Assembly (NCBI GenBank): GCA_035221665.1
Contig: CM069163.1
Coordinates: 17,856,001 to 17,920,000 of the forward strand
Length of the DNA stretch: 64,000 nt
From: Okamejei kenojei
Lineage: Eukaryota
Direction: 5' to 3'
Position numbers and translations under genes: made by a program. Below the pieces are notes generated by a model, which saw only the letters and a list, made by a program, of their open reading frames with translations, did not search any database and was not told the DNA's origin. Shown here piece after piece: positions 24,457-38,984 of this stretch (position 1 is its first letter; each line of letters starts with the position of its first letter).

Positions 24457-25218
24457 CAGTGCCCTCCATAATGTTTGGGACAAAGACACATCATTTATTT
24501 ATTTGCCTCTGTACTCCATAATTTGAGATTTGTAATAGAAAATAGCACATGTGGTTAAAGTGCACATTGTCAGATTTTAATAAAGGCCATTTTTATACAT
24601 TTTGGTTTCACCATGGCCTGCGCATCATGGCGGCTGAAGGTACTGGCTCACATATCTTCATTGATAATAGCATAACGAATTCTGAAGTGTATAGACACAT
24701 CCTATCTGCTCAGGTTCGAACAAATGCCTCAAAACTCATTGGCCGAAGGTTCATTCTACAGCAAGACAATGATCCCAAACATACTGCTAAAGCAATAAAG
24801 GAGTTTTTCAATGCTAAAAAAATGGTCAATTGTTTAGTCGCCAAGTCAATCACACGATCTGAATCCAATTGATCACGCCTTTTATATGCTGAAGAGAAAA
24901 CTGAAGGGGACTAGCCCCCAAAACAAGTATAAGCTAAAGATGGCCGCAATACAGGCCTGTCAGAGCATCACCAGAGAAGACACCCAGCAACTGGTGATGT
25001 CCATGAATCGCAGACTTCACGCAGTCATTGCATGCAAAGGAGATGCAACAAAATACTAAACATGACTGCTTTCATTTACATGACATTGCTGTGTCCCAGA
25101 CATTATGGTGCCCTGAAATGGGGGGAATACGTATAAACACAGCTGAATTAATACATGGTGAAACCAAAATGTATAAAAATGGCCTATAATAAAATCTGAC
25201 AATGTGCACTTTAACCAC
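24457..25218 (+). mobile_element. Internally deleted Tc1 transposon (DD34E transposase remnant)
   Basis: TA|CAGTG left TIR is joined at catgg to MAAEGTG...FILQQDNDPKHTAK...DLNPID...SMNRRLHAVIACKG. The right TIR is truncated at 25218. Confidence 0.92.
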
Positions 25219-25509
25219 TAGCTATTAGACACTTGTCTGATGAGTAATACCATGCTTAATTTAAAGTTGGCTAGTATGTGCCCATGTTTCAACAAGCTCA
25301 AGACCATATTCAGTGTCAAAGGACAATTGGCAGTACTATGAAGGATTATAACACAACTGTGTAATGGCAGAAACAATTAACGAAAGCTGCCAGTTTGTCA
25401 TCAGAATTTTTGTTCATGCACAGAGAAATGCAATATGATGGACATGTTATTGGCTGTCCTGCATGTGGTGTTGCTTCTTAATGTCCTCATCAATTACCAA
25501 TGGACAATA

Positions 25510-26415
25510 AAGGAATTAAAGGTAATGTTAGGAAATTTGCAGGTGACACAAAGCTGGGTGGCAGTGTGAACTGTGAAGAGGATGCTATGAGAATGCAGAG
25601 TGACTTTGATAGGTTGGGTAAGTGGGCAAATGCAGCATAATGTGATATCCACTTCAGTGGCATGAACAAGAAGGCAGATCTGAATGGTGTCATTACAAAA
25701 TGGGAAGTGCAACAAGACCTGGGTGTCCTTGTACATCAGTCACTGAAAGTAAGCATGCAGTAACAGCAGGCAGTGAAGAAAGCTAATGGCGTGTTGGCCT
25801 TCATAATGAGAGGATTTGAGTATAGCAACAAAGAGGTCCTTCTGCAGTTCTACAGGCCCCTGGTGAGACCACACCTGGAGTATTGTGTGCAGTTTTGCTC
25901 TCCTAATTTGAGGAAGGACATTCTTGCTATTGAGGGAGTTCACAAGTTACGTAGGTTCACGAGTTTAGTTCCTGGGATGGCGGGCCTGTCATGAAAGAAT
26001 AGAACGACTGGCCTTGTATTCAATGGAATTTAGAAGGATGAGAGGGATCTTATAGAAACATATAAAATTATTAATGGATTGGACATGCTAAATGCAGGAA
26101 ACATGTTCCCGATGTTGGTGGAGTCCAGAACCAGGGGTAGACCATTTAGAACTAAATTGAGGAAAATCTTTTTCACCCAGAGTTGCGAATTTGTGGAATT
26201 TTCTGCCTCGGAAGGCAGTGGAAGCCGATTCACTGGATGCATTCAAAAGAGAATTTGATAGAGCTCTTAGGGCTAACGGAATCAAGGGATATGGAGAGAA
26301 GGCAGGAATGGGGTACTGTTTGTGGATGATCAGCCATGATAATGGTGAATGGCGCTGCTGGCTCGAAGGGCTGAATGGCGTACTCCTGCACCTATTTTCA
26401 ATGTATCTGTGATTT
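25510..26415 (+). mobile_element. CR1-type LINE, 5'-truncated
   Basis: KFAGDTKLGG (FADD variant), KKANGVLAFI..LVRPHLEYCVQF, WNFLPRKAVEADSLDAFKREFD, and a CR1 3'UTR. Confidence 0.92.
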
Positions 26416-27091
26416 TCCTGTAAAGATGCAAAACGCGGTTTTTCCCACTGTATCTTGATACACGTGATAATAAACCAATTACTGCAAATAAATTTCCAAT
26501 CATAATCATTCCTTGTATCTATTTTTACTTTCACAGAATATATGATATGTATTTGAATACTGAAAACGGATTATTTCTCGTAGAGGAAAATAAGAATAAC
26601 GGGGAAAAGAGAGTAAAAGAAAATGGAAGGCTTAGTAATTCAGCACTTATTTCTGGTGCAAACTGTACTTTTCCTATTCATCTTTGCTATTAATTGTTTT
26701 GAATTTCGTGAATCTAATGAAGTACAAGAGATTTAGTTGCTGCTATTTAAGGTGTATTAAGCCACTGTGCTTTGATTCATACAATGACCTGCAGCCTAAT
26801 GATTTGTTGCTGCTAGGCACAGATTCTTGGCATATTCTTTCCACGGTGGACTAAAAGACTGGTTCCTTTGCTTGGAAAACATGGAAATGGGTGTGTTAGA
26901 TTGAATTGCGCAGAAATTCATTGATTTCAGGGGATGATGAATCTTTTTAATTCAATCTGTGAAGAATGTATTGAAGAACATAAAATATTCCTTGCATTGT
27001 GATTAAAAACGAATAGAGAGGGCACATTAAGTAAATGCATGTATAAATTAGGACTATTTGATGAATCTGGACACTTGTTTTTCTTTTACAG

Positions 27092-27116
27092 TTACTGAGA
27101 AAGAAGTCCAACAGTG
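27092..27116 (+). CDS. NCS1: NCS1 coding exon 2 (25 nt)
   Basis: ttttcttttacag|TT ACT GAG AAA GAA GTC CAA CAG TG|gtgagt = (F)TEKEVQQ(W). Confidence 0.95.
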
Positions 27117-30100
27117 GTGAGTACAGTGTTCTTAATACTTTAATAAGAAAAAAAGCAATTAAATGTGAAATGAAATGTATCAGTGTACATTGGCAAAAAT
27201 CCTGGATTTTAGAATTGAATTTTGCTTGTAAAATGTAGTAGATGATGTAAAATGATCTCAACCAGGTGATGTCCAGAACACTTATTGCAGCAAGGATCAG
27301 AAAAATCAGCTAGAATTTTGGTTTCCACTGGGACCTGCTGGAAATCTTTGGTCAAGCAGGACAAAATCTTTTGTCAACCTCTATGGTTAGAAGACTCTTT
27401 CCATCTAGGATGTTATTTAACTGACATTTATTGAGTATCGCTGGAGAAATTCTCTATGAGAATGGATCCATACTCTGCCACATGATTTTCGAGCTCATGT
27501 CAAATATTTACACTGATGGAAAATTAGCACCATTGGGTGAAAAATTCTTCAATTAGAGTTGAGATATTTTGTTAAATCATGTACTTACTGCTTTGGAAGA
27601 TGGTGAGGTGCCCGACAAGAAAAAAAATGCCCACAAATCTAGCATTTTCACCCTTGAAGAGCAACAAATAGGTTAAAAATGCATACAGAATCTTTTGAGA
27701 GCTTACTTTTTTAATCTTAAACTATTTTTACACATCTGATAGTTTCCTGGCTTTGTAGTCATCCTCAAACTCAAGGCGACAGTTTGTTTTTATAGTGCTT
27801 ATTTAAGGTTTTTGTTTCCCTTCGTAACAGCTGTGGCAAGTTGTCTTTGACATGACGCCCAAACCACCAGTCGTGCCTTTGGCATTGCTGTGCTTCCATT
27901 TACACAAAGGAATGATTGAAGATGATGTTCAGTTGGACTTGTGAATGATGTTAGTCCGACTGCAATCTGATACAAATATTTCATCATGTTGTTGTCCAGT
28001 CAGTACTATGGTACTTAAGCAGCTCTCAGAGTTTAGCTGGTCTGTTGACTTGAAGGAGAAGGTAACTGGGTAATTGATGAGGAAATGAGCAGAATACACA
28101 AATTGACAGACTTAAGAGAACAGAATGCAGGATGACAGTTGAAGGTCAACCCCAAGAAAAATGTACCCGTACAATCAGGTTTTAGTTTAGTTTAGAGATT
28201 CAGTGGGCCCTTTGGGGCAAAACACAGAGAATAATATCCTACGCCTACAATCAGGAAAAACCTGGTCTTTTAAGAAAACTCTCCATTAAATTCATGCTAA
28301 TTTTGTCAAATGTGTTAATTCTGGGTAATCTTTATAGATTTTGGAGTATAATACAATATTTTGGATTGTTTTTATATTAGACATGTAGATAGTTCACCGT
28401 ATCTAATCAAAATAGTATTTGTGATTCCTCTAATTTTACATTACATCTTGTTGGTTATTCCCAGCATTGCAAGAGATGTTTTTTCAAATGTTTCCCCCAG
28501 TGGATTAATTAGTTTAGTTAAGCAGGAGATGCTGAACAGTTACCAGTTGTATATGGTATTATTAGTCTGAAAAAGGATCCCAACCTGAACCAACGCCGCT
28601 AATCTGAAATTCTGCAACACCACAACAGTTCAGGTAGTATTTAGAAACATTTTCAGATCAATGACCTGTCATCAGACCTGAAAGATATATTTAACTGCAA
28701 CTGATAGAGAGACAACAAATTCCCCATATGAATTAATCATGCTGTAATGGCATTCTCATGGTCTGAGTTCCAGCACAAGGGTTCAAGGTTATGCCCTGTA
28801 AAGACTTGTTTTATTTGATAATTTTGCCTTGTCTTCCATGGGAGAATTATAAATGTAGGATCATTTTACTGAAAGTAATTTGTTAACCTGTGATCAATCT
28901 GCTTGAAAATGTTGCATACGAATCCTGCAATTCAACCGGTTCTCTACAATACTCAAAGCTTGTGTGGGCCTTCTTACTTGTCAATTATTTACATTTTAGA
29001 AAGGACAATTTGAATTTCTTGATGACTTGGGATAGCTTGTTGAATGGAGCACTAAAAATCTACAAATCAGACTTATCCCAATGAGTAGATAGATCACGAT
29101 GACCATATTCAGGAGAATCTTGTAGGCCTATGTATGCCCATGCTCAAAAGGGGCAAATATGTTTCTATGTCCTTTTGATCTTTTTTCAGGGAGTGCACTT
29201 GAAAGAATGATGACAAAGGAGGACGGGGTCAAGTATTAAAAACTTTCAAATTTTGCTTTAAAAGATTTTTTTCAGATTTATTAAAATTAGTTCCAGAATG
29301 TTTGCAAATAATTAGTCTTCAATTGTTGGGGACCGCCTTGCCATTGGACCACGATTTTGTTCTGTCAAGTTCACGTGGTAGCTTGTGTTTAATAGTTGCA
29401 CCATTGAAAGGAATTCACATGAAGCTACCATCCACTCTTTGGCATGGAGGCAATCCTCAATCCTGAGGGACTGCCAAAAAAAAAGAAGAATATTGTGTGT
29501 TGTTTTCCACCGATTTGACAAAAGTGATGTATTCCCCTTCTGCAAACATATTGGCTTCCCTGTTAAAAGTCACTCTTTTCCTTTAAGGGAGAAAACTTTC
29601 CTTGCCCAATCTTGTTCCACTTTGTACACATTGGGAAGTTGCTAATAAAATAAATAAGCAATTTGCAGGTATTGCTATGAAGCATTTTTGTTCAGTAAAA
29701 AGGTAGTTAAGACTGTCAATAAACATAATTATTCTGCTGCCAATTTTACGTTTGCTCAGACTGGTAGCAGGAATATGATGCTTTTGTTGATGCCACTTTG
29801 TTTTTGATCTCCTGCTTGACGCTTTCCACAATGACATTTGGAACATTGCGGAGTCTTTTAAACAACCAGCTAAGCAATCCATAATAAGTTTCCAATATGT
29901 CAGGTAGAATATAATTGTACAGAAAAGTCAACAACTCATGGGGCATTTTGTCTATGTTTAGCATTATGTTTATTCAAAATTTAATTGTTCTGTTTTCTTT
30001 TGATCGCTAATTAGTAAGCATTTCACATTTGAATAATGAACATTTTATCCGTTTGGCAAAATATTAATTCAGTGAAATTGTCGTCAAATTCTGCCATGTA

Positions 30101-30235
30101 TTTTTTTTAATTAGTTTTTTTTTAAATTTTTAGCTATGAGTAGAATTTCAAAAAGTAATATAAAGTTTGAGGATAATGTGATGGTGGGAAATTTTGTCTC
30201 GTGAATTTGAGCTTTGAAGAGGTGATTGTTAAATG

Positions 30236-31370
30236 ATTGTTAAGGCCCGTGCGGTCGGCGTCGTCAGCATGAACTTTTGCAAGGTGTTTGACCAGGTACC
30301 GCATGATAGGCTGGTTTGGAAAGAAGGATAACATGGGATCCAGGATGAGCTAGTCATTGGTATACCAAAATTGTCTTGAAGGTAGGACACAGAGGTTGGT
30401 GATAGAGGGTTGTTTTTCAGACTGGAGGCCTGTAACAAGTAGACTTCCTCAGGGATCCGAGCTGGGTCCACTGTTATTCATTATTTAAATTAATTATTTG
30501 GATGTGAATGTAGATGGCGTGGTTGGTAAGTTTGTAGATGGCATTTAAATTGGCAGTATAGTAGATAGTGAAGAAGGTTATATAAGATTACAGCTAGATT
30601 TGATCAACTAGGGAAATGGGCTGAGGAATGTTAGATAGAGTTTATTTAAGATAAAATTGAGGAATTGCATTTTGTTGAGATGAACCAGAGCAGGACTTGT
30701 ACAGTAAATATAGGGCCCTAATGAGTGTTGTGGAACAAAGACGAAGGAGTGCAGGTACATAGTTCCATGAAAGTTGTGGCGTGTTGACAATGGTGAAGAT
30801 GACATTTGAAACATTTGTCTTCATGGGTCTGGGTATTGACTACAGGAATTGGGATGTTGGTAAGACCACATTTGGAGCACTGTGCATGGTTCAGGTTGTC
30901 ATTAGCCTGAGAGATGCAAAAAGGATTTACAAGGCCTTTGCCAGGTCTGGAGCCTTTGGGTTACAAGGAGAGGGTGGGTAGGCTAATTTTTTCCCCTGTA
31001 CATAGGAGACTGAGGTGTGGATGACTCAAAGATATACAAAATGATGAAGGGCATAGATACGTTGAATAGCCACAGTCTTTTTCCCAGGGTCAGGGAGACC
31101 GAAAACTGAAGAGCATAGGTTTAAGCAGGAGAGAGGAAAGGTTTGATAGGAATCTCAGGGACAATGTTTTCACACAGAGAGTGGTGCGTATATGCAACGA
31201 GGTGGTAGAGGCAGGTACAATTTAATCATTTATAAGACATGCACAGATACATGGCTAGGCGATGTTTGAGGGATATGCGCAAGGCACAAACAAGCAGGTG
31301 TAACCAGGTTGGCAACTTGATCAGCATGGACGTGTTGGGCCAAAGGGTCTATTCTGTGCTGTTTGCATCT
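30236..31370 (+). mobile_element. Older CR1-type LINE (RT region to 3' end), heavily mutated
   Basis: Decayed AVDVVYMDF.KAFDKVPH, PQGS.LGP and KF.DD motifs, plus ttcacacagagagtggtg and a CR1 3' end. Confidence 0.85.
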
Positions 31371-31722
31371 GAAAGATAATCTATTCATTAAATTGAGGAG
31401 GTCATTTTTGAAAATCAATGCAAATCCTTAATGGAATTGTTTTAAATATTGTGCCCCTCAAACCACTCCTTCATTTAATAAGATCATGGCTGATCTAATC
31501 TTGGCATCAACTCTACTTCCACTATTGCTCAAATCTCCTGATTTCCTTGTCATCCAAACCCTGACAATCACAGCCTTGAGCACATTCTGTAACTGCCGAG
31601 GCAGATAATCACATGATTCTCAAACTGCAGAACAATTGCTTCTCAGTGATGTCTTAAATGGGGATGCTTTTTATTCTGAAGCTATGCCTCTACATTTTGC
31701 AGTCAGGTGAGTCATGTTCACA

Positions 31723-31950
31723 ACACAGTGGCATGACTAGTAGAGCTTTTTCCTCAGCTTCAGTGGCCTGCATTCAATCCTAAAGTGTGTGTGGAGGTTG
31801 TATATTCCCCATGTCAGTGCTTATAGTTCATCTGTGTGCTCTGATTTCCTCTAACATCCCAATGATGTGTGGGTAGGTAGATCAATTGCCTTAGTCAATT
31901 GCTGTTAATGTAGCAGAGATGATAGAATTGGTGGGATTTTCAGGAAAATT
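31723..31950 (+). mobile_element. tRNA-derived SINE (V-SINE/HE1-like), decayed
   Basis: A/B-box-like head and the central tgtgtggaggttgtatattcccc...gatttcctctaacatccc domain, shared with the 44911 copy. Confidence 0.6.
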
Positions 31951-32699
31951 AATGAGGAAAATAGGTAATATTGTTACCATCATTTTGGCAAGCTTCCCTC
32001 AGAATTTTGTATTTGTCACTGAAATCAATGCTCTTCCAAACTCCAATGGGAATTGGCCTCACCTGCTCTTCTCTGTAAGACAACTGCTACGTCCCAGGAA
32101 TCAATCATTTGAATGAAACGTCACTGAATTGTCCCAAAAGAGACCAAAAACTGTACATAACACCCGTGTAGTCTCATTAACAGTCTATATGAAAGTAGCA
32201 AGACTTATGTACTTCTAACTTTGTATTTTATATCTGAGGACACATAACCCTCCGTATAGCAGCAGTTTACTGTTTCTCTTTTAATAATAACTTTTTTGTT
32301 TTTCATATCAGCGGAGATCTACAGATTTCCTTGTGTTACATGTAACATTATTCAAATGTTTCCACTTTCACCTTTCTTTTTCCCTTTGTAAATTTCCTGC
32401 ATCTTCTTTAAAACTCGTTTTGTGCCTATCTTTGCATTATCAATAAAGCCAGCTTACAATTTACATCACAGCTTGAGTCCAAATGTAGAATTGAAGAATG
32501 GAATTCCTAATCATTGATGATTGTACCATTTCAAATTCATTTGCAACTCCCCAGCAAATGAGGCAATCCATGATTGCATGCAGCATAGCCAAGACAACAT
32601 TTAGCTGTGCAGTGATGTGTTGAGTAACATTTGTACTGCAGAAATGGCAGGAAATAATCATCTCCAGGATGAGAGAGTCCAACATTTAATTTGGATCCA

Positions 32700-33340
32700 G
32701 CATTTTGCCAATGATAAATGTACAACTAACTGGCCTATAATTTCCTGCCTTCTGTTTTCTTTCCTATTCAGTGTGATTACCATTGCCAATTTCTTCCTAA
32801 TCTTCTCGCATGGCATTGCAGGGTCGCCATTAACCAGACCAGCCATGTGGAGAAAAAAAAATGTAGCTCTAAGAGCGGATCAGTGGCGGGGTATTCTGCA
32901 ACTGTGACATGTCTCCTGATGACTGAAAGTCATTCTGCTGTCTACTGAGCATAAGTCAGAGGAGGAATGGTGTGCTCAACACTTGCATGGGAGTATGATG
33001 ACCCAGCAAACCATCAGGCAGTTCAGCACCATCGAGGTCCAAGCACCGAAAACATTCCACCCCCTCTCTCCCCGCACCTCACCAGCAGCGCCCAAGCCAC
33101 CGATTTTCTTCATTCAAAGCAGCTCTTTGAGAATACCACGATCAGCACGTTCCTCTCCCTGTCACATACCATTCTTACTTGGAAATATATTGCTGTTGCT
33201 TCCATGGTTGCTGGTTATAAAATTCTTGAGCTGATTCCTATTCTGGGAGTACCTTCACCACAGACTAGTTTGGTTCAATAAAGTTTTCACCACTCACTTG
33301 ATGTTATTTAGCAATTACTGTTAAATGATGGCCTCATCCC
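32700..33340 (+). mobile_element. Old CR1-like LINE 3' fragment
   Basis: taagtcagaggaggaatgg..tgctcaacacttgcatgg..cagttcagcaccatc resembles decayed ORF2 (VRS.MEY...W...L..IQ). The 3'UTR is of the old CR1 type. Confidence 0.5.
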
Positions 33341-35267
33341 AAAGCATGAATTGAAACAAAAATTACACTCTACCTCTTCCCTTGGCTTTAATGGGGATTG
33401 CATGTGTTGAGGTCTCCAGTACTGATTTCTTGGCATTCACTAGTTGCAGCTTGCCACTCTTAAATTACCCATTTACCACCATCTAATTTCCCTGTTAGTT
33501 AGACAGTCCTCTACCCATGCTAATTTATTACATCTGAACATGTGAGGTATCTTGTACAGGTACCTTTTATTGAATGCCTTTTAATAACCAAGATATTCTG
33601 TACATTTCTCTGCTGTGGATGGTGTTTTAATTCGGTATATGAGCACCCGACCTTAAACATAGCTTGCCTCATAATTTGGGACCGTTGCTAACAGTATGAT
33701 AAGCATAGCTATTGGTAGTTTCATTCATTCAATAACCATATTTTATGTTGGCTATGAATTTTCCAGAATTGGGTGGTGATTCTGAATCTATGATGTTAAT
33801 TAGGTTAGAAACCACATTTAGAGTCACAGTCAGACGGCATAGTCACAGGTCCTTCATATGAACACATCCATATCAACCAAGGTGCCCTGTCTCAGCTAGC
33901 CCCATTTGCCCATGTTTAGCCGGTATACCTATAAACCTTTCCTTTCCATGTGCCCGTTAACTTACTGTTAACTATGAATAGTCCTCCACCCTATTACTCA
34001 GACCATTTCCAGAGTATAACCATAGTTTTGATAGAGAAAACAGAAAATTTAAAATACTGGGCATGAATGAAAATGAGAGGAGGGAAACATGAATGCTTAT
34101 TTATCCACTCGGCATCATTGATAATTTCTGTCCCTTTAATTCTCAACCTCATGGAGCGAAGACAGGAGAATGGGGTTAAGAGGGAAAGATAAATCAGGTA
34201 TGATTGAATGGTGGATTAGACTCAATGGACTAAATGCCAAATTCTGCTCCTATGAACTTATGAATACAGATGAGTGGAATTTTCTAACACCTTATGTAGG
34301 TGATTAATAAATGATTACATGGAAATAGAGAATCCAAAAATGCAAAAGGTAATTCCATATTTCTGTGATTTGTAACAATGAGTCTATTCAGAAATCATTG
34401 TTAGATTGTGACAAACACAAAGTGAAATATTTTCAACTTGTTGGGTGACATTCTGCTCATGGGACAGATTCTTTATGCTTTGTCTTACCCTCTCCTTCAT
34501 TGAATTGAATTAGATTAAACCTTAATGTTTGGCAAAAATGTACATTGCTTCACTGATGGATTTCAATTGTTTTGTGAGGTGGAGAAAGAAAGTCAGCAAT
34601 TTGCTTCTACATAACTCTTGACCAGTGTATGCCAACCTGATTCACAAAAAGCATCGAAAAGGTCAACTTCAAAGTTTTTCCATGTAGGATTTGTGCATTT
34701 GTTTGGATTGTTGATCCTTGACATTTAGAAGTTCCTCTACAGATTGCATTTCTAATTGCTCTTTTCTTCCTTAATTCTTTCTCAAATGCTGCAGAGACTG
34801 CTGCAGTACTTGAGATTTGAACCAATGAACAATTGGTTTGAAAGGTATGGTTAGGGATTAGTTTTGAATGGACTGTTCACATGATATTACCAGCAGATTC
34901 AAAATAGTATTTTAATGTTTGACCTGCAGGAGAAGTATCCAAAAGCAAACAATGTTTATTTAACGTCAGCTTAAAAATAGCATCATATTGAAAAACAACA
35001 ATTTGTTTAACAAGAAAGGTTTAACTTCAACAAATGTAACTGTATATATTTAACGGCATATTTCAAAGAACATCATACTTAACCAAAAATTTTATTCAAC
35101 AACAATAGTCAGATCAGACAATAACATTACAATTTACATCAACTCCAATGAACTTCAACAAGACAAAAATATCTTTATTTTTTCACCACATTAGAAAGAG
35201 CATAATTTCGTATGTTTTTAATAATGTACTTTGTACATTTATGTACTTTTGTACTTTTCATTCTTTA

Positions 35268-35543
35268 TGGGCACTTTGCCCCTGGCTATCTTCAGCCAAA
35301 TAATCTAAAAAGGTTTGAAAGTCGGCGCTTTATATACCCGCTTCACCGGGCGTCACCTGCAGGATAGCATACGTCAGCGTGTGACAGGGCGCACAGCGCG
35401 ATAGGACACCCAGATGTTGCCTGAAGATTTTGAACATTCCAAAATCCAGGGGCGGCAAGGAGACACGTGGTCGCTACATGCGTCATGCCCCGACAACGCT
35501 GCGACAACTTCTTTTCAGGCTGTCGCCCAAGTGGGACAGGCCC
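35268..35543. mobile_element. MITE-like DNA transposon remnant
   Basis: CpG-rich patch in an AT-rich intron ending caagtgggacaggccc|tta (Harbinger-like terminus). The left end is degraded. Confidence 0.45.
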
Positions 35544-38188
35544 TTAATCCAAATCCAGGCTGTCCCAGGTTTGACAGAAGTGAGAATTAGCATGACATCT
35601 AAACAAAACTCAAAGAGTTCTATTTCTGTAGAATCAGAGACCACAGGCATTGTTAGAGCAGCAGTGTAATTACTGTTCTTTCAGTGCCAATTTCTTCAGG
35701 ACTGGAGGCAACATTTTACAATTGTGTTTGTGTCATTGTAACATATTTGAACCCAGATATGTCCGCATCACTAATTTAACAAGAACTTTTATACTTGGGT
35801 TATGACATCATCTTTTGAGACCGAATTGAAAAAATAAAGATAGAATATATTGCCCTTTGGCTTTAAAACAGCAGGCAATGGGAAGGATCCCACTGAAAGT
35901 GCTTCCACTCATTTATGCCACAACCTTGAAGTGCTGTACCATGAAATGAAATCAATAAAATGAAGTCATCTCAGTAACTCCACCAAATGTTACTTGTTTC
36001 ATTTTGGCTCTGTTTTAGATGCCTTTGAAAGAAATGGCTCTCTTCGTATTCTTTTTTTACAGAAGAAGACTTTGTGAGGCTTTGTCTCTTTCTGGTTAGT
36101 ATTTCAGGTTGAAGTTAGATGCACTGGCACAAATCATAATCTTATATGCCTTCATCAAATTCCCCTTCTGCAACACAACTTAGTTAAATTCTCACATTTC
36201 CAGAACCATGCAGGCAGATCTGCCCTGCGCCCTCTTTGTCAAATGTAGAACTAGATACAATATTCCAGATATGGTCTAAGTAACTAAGTAAGTCTAAGTG
36301 AGCTTTACAAAGCTTCAGCAAAATCTCTCAACTCTTCTACTCAACAGCTCTATTTATCAAACTTAAGATCCCAGATGTTTTGCTTAGTATTCATAATGTC
36401 ATGCTACTTTAAAAAAATCTGTATGTAGGAATCCCTATTCCTATGTTCCTGTACACTATTCATTTCAGTGTCACTAAGACTGTTGCTTCTTGTTTCTTTT
36501 GTCTGTGGGTGGTGTCAGAAGACCATAATATAAAGCCCATAAATATAATGAGCAACCCTGCATATCTCTTGGGGTTTCATCTGTGGCACACTATTTATTA
36601 TATGTAAACTCCCCCTTTGTCAGTACCAGAATAAAGTAGCATGTCTAAAGAAGAGTCCCAACACAAAACAACACCTATCCATGTCCTCCAGAGATGCTGT
36701 CTGACTCGCTGAGTTACGCCAGCACTTGTCTTTTTTTGTAACTAGCACCTGTACTTCCCTGTTTCTCCATAATAATGGCAACTGGTGAGCAGTGCAATCC
36801 GATACTCTCGTCATTAGTTTGTCTTGTGTTCAATGTCCTCTCTTCAGTTACTGCGTTGCTTAATCGAGTCTCCTTATTATTCGATTAAATACTTCCATCA
36901 GCATTCAGTCAGAAATAAAAATCAATTTAATGTCTTTAAATAAATTTAATTGGCATAGATTTTCCTGAGCACAAGAAAATAGATTTAAATGCTTTTTCAA
37001 AATTGCTGATAATTCTCATGTGACATTAGTTACCTGGTTAATGTTACTGAATCAATGAAGTACAACTTACGTGTGTATACAATAGCACTTTCGGTTTACA
37101 AAAACATCCCAAAATAATTCACAGGCATCTTCCCAAACAATAGTATCCACTGTGCCGAACAGGGCAAATGACAAGACGTTTGGCCCAAAGAGCTTTTATG
37201 GTGTGTGTCAAGTTAGTAATGAGCTTTAGGGAGTTCTGGAGCTAAGAGTGTTGGAAGTTAAAGACAGGCTGACTGTGATTGAGTGATCAAATTTGAGAGG
37301 TGAGCAAGTGGGCATGATGCAAATGTGATATCTCGTTAGATTGAAGAGCTTTAAGTATTTTTGGAGATCAATAAGGCAAAACCATTGAGAGGTTGAAACT
37401 AAGACGTTAAGAAGTAGGAACTGCAGTAAGCTGTTGGGCACTCAAGCCTACTCGGCCATTCAATAAGACGGAGGTTGACCCAACTTTAGAGTCTACTTTG
37501 CTGCCCTTTGATTCCCTGACTGATTACAAAGTTATCTCAGCTGTGAATAAATGAAGCAGGTGCTTGCACAGTATGGAGCCGGTTCAATGGAACTTTATTG
37601 TTACATGCACCAAGGGTACAGTGAAATCCCTTTTTTGCAAAGGGAAGAAACTAAATGTATCTATTTGCTGAATTGTGAATGAACAATGACAGCTGACCAT
37701 TTACCATAGCACTTTGTACATTACCCGCAAAAGTGGCTACTTTGTTAGAAATGTTGAAGCCTTTAACAACCAGTTATTTTAAGAAAACTATGTAACAAAT
37801 AGTAAGGTGATAGGTTTGTTATTTCTGATCTTGTGATATTGCTGTTGTATCTAAGTATACACAAGTTTCTGTGATGGTGAGGTTATTGATAAATAATTCT
37901 ACAGCAGCACTAAATAGCATAGAACATTTTGTATAATTTTTCAAATTAACTGGTATATCGGCTTTGCAATTTGAAAGAGACGGGAAAGTTTCAACATCAG
38001 GATAAGTGATTAAAATGGTGATTGTACAAGCTTTCCTATTTAAAATAAATATTTTAAAAGTATGTATATATTTTGTGCAAATGTATTTAATTTGGGATGA
38101 GTTTTAATTAAAATGTAATTTATTAATGTACTTTTAAAATGTATTAATTTAATTTTTAAGTAACCCATGTTAATATTTTGTTTGATAG

Positions 38189-38327
38189 GTACAAAGGTTT
38201 CATTAAAGATTGCCCCAGTGGGCAACTTGATGCAGCAGGCTTCCAGAAAATCTATAAGCAGTTCTTTCCCTGTGGAGACCCTACGAAGTTTGCTAAATTT
38301 GTCTTTGACGTTTTTGATGAAAATAAA
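38189..38327 (+). CDS. NCS1: NCS1 coding exon 3 (EF1, start of EF2)
   Basis: ag|G TAC AAA... = [46 protein letters not shown]|gtgagt, 139 nt. Confidence 0.98.
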
Positions 38328-38984
38328 GTGAGTCGCTCATTTCACATTTTTATTGGTGTAAATTAATTTAATCTGTATTTAAGATACTTTCAGCAATGTG
38401 TATTATTTCAAGTTTGGTTAAAAGTCATGTATTAAAATTGGCAAACCATGATTAGATCGGAGATTTGTTGGTGTTATTTCAGTGGATACATTTAATAGAT
38501 TGTTAAAGTTAAGATAACAGTTATTTTGTTTGGACTACAAGGAAGACTATCCAGTTAGCATTAGGTTCTGCTGTAACAAGAATGTGCTGTTAGTGAATTA
38601 ATACATTTACATTGCGAGAATGTGATTGCATTAAGACAAGGGTAAATAATAAAAATAGAGAATACTGAAACATGCAATTGAAGGCACTTGTATGACTCTT
38701 CTCTTTCTCTCCTTGACTTTATCACCCTATCAGGTGATATGTTATTGACCAAAGTTATTATGAGCCCACAAACTCCAAAAGCTGTCTTGTTCCACCTGGC
38801 TTCTCAAAATGATTCCCATACCCCGACTCCCGGTTTATTTGGCTCTTTCTTCTGATGTTGAGACAGCATCCAAGATCAGACAAACCATAGGTTTATGCAA
38901 TATTGGACAGAGTTGACAGGGTCAATGGCCTGTTCCTGCATATATTTTGAGACAATTCTCAACCAGATAAACTGTTTTGTGCAC

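Noticed and set aside
24549-24872. Active transposase gene
   Set aside because: The N-terminal DNA-binding region is deleted, the frame is shifted, and the catalytic E reads D (DLNPID).
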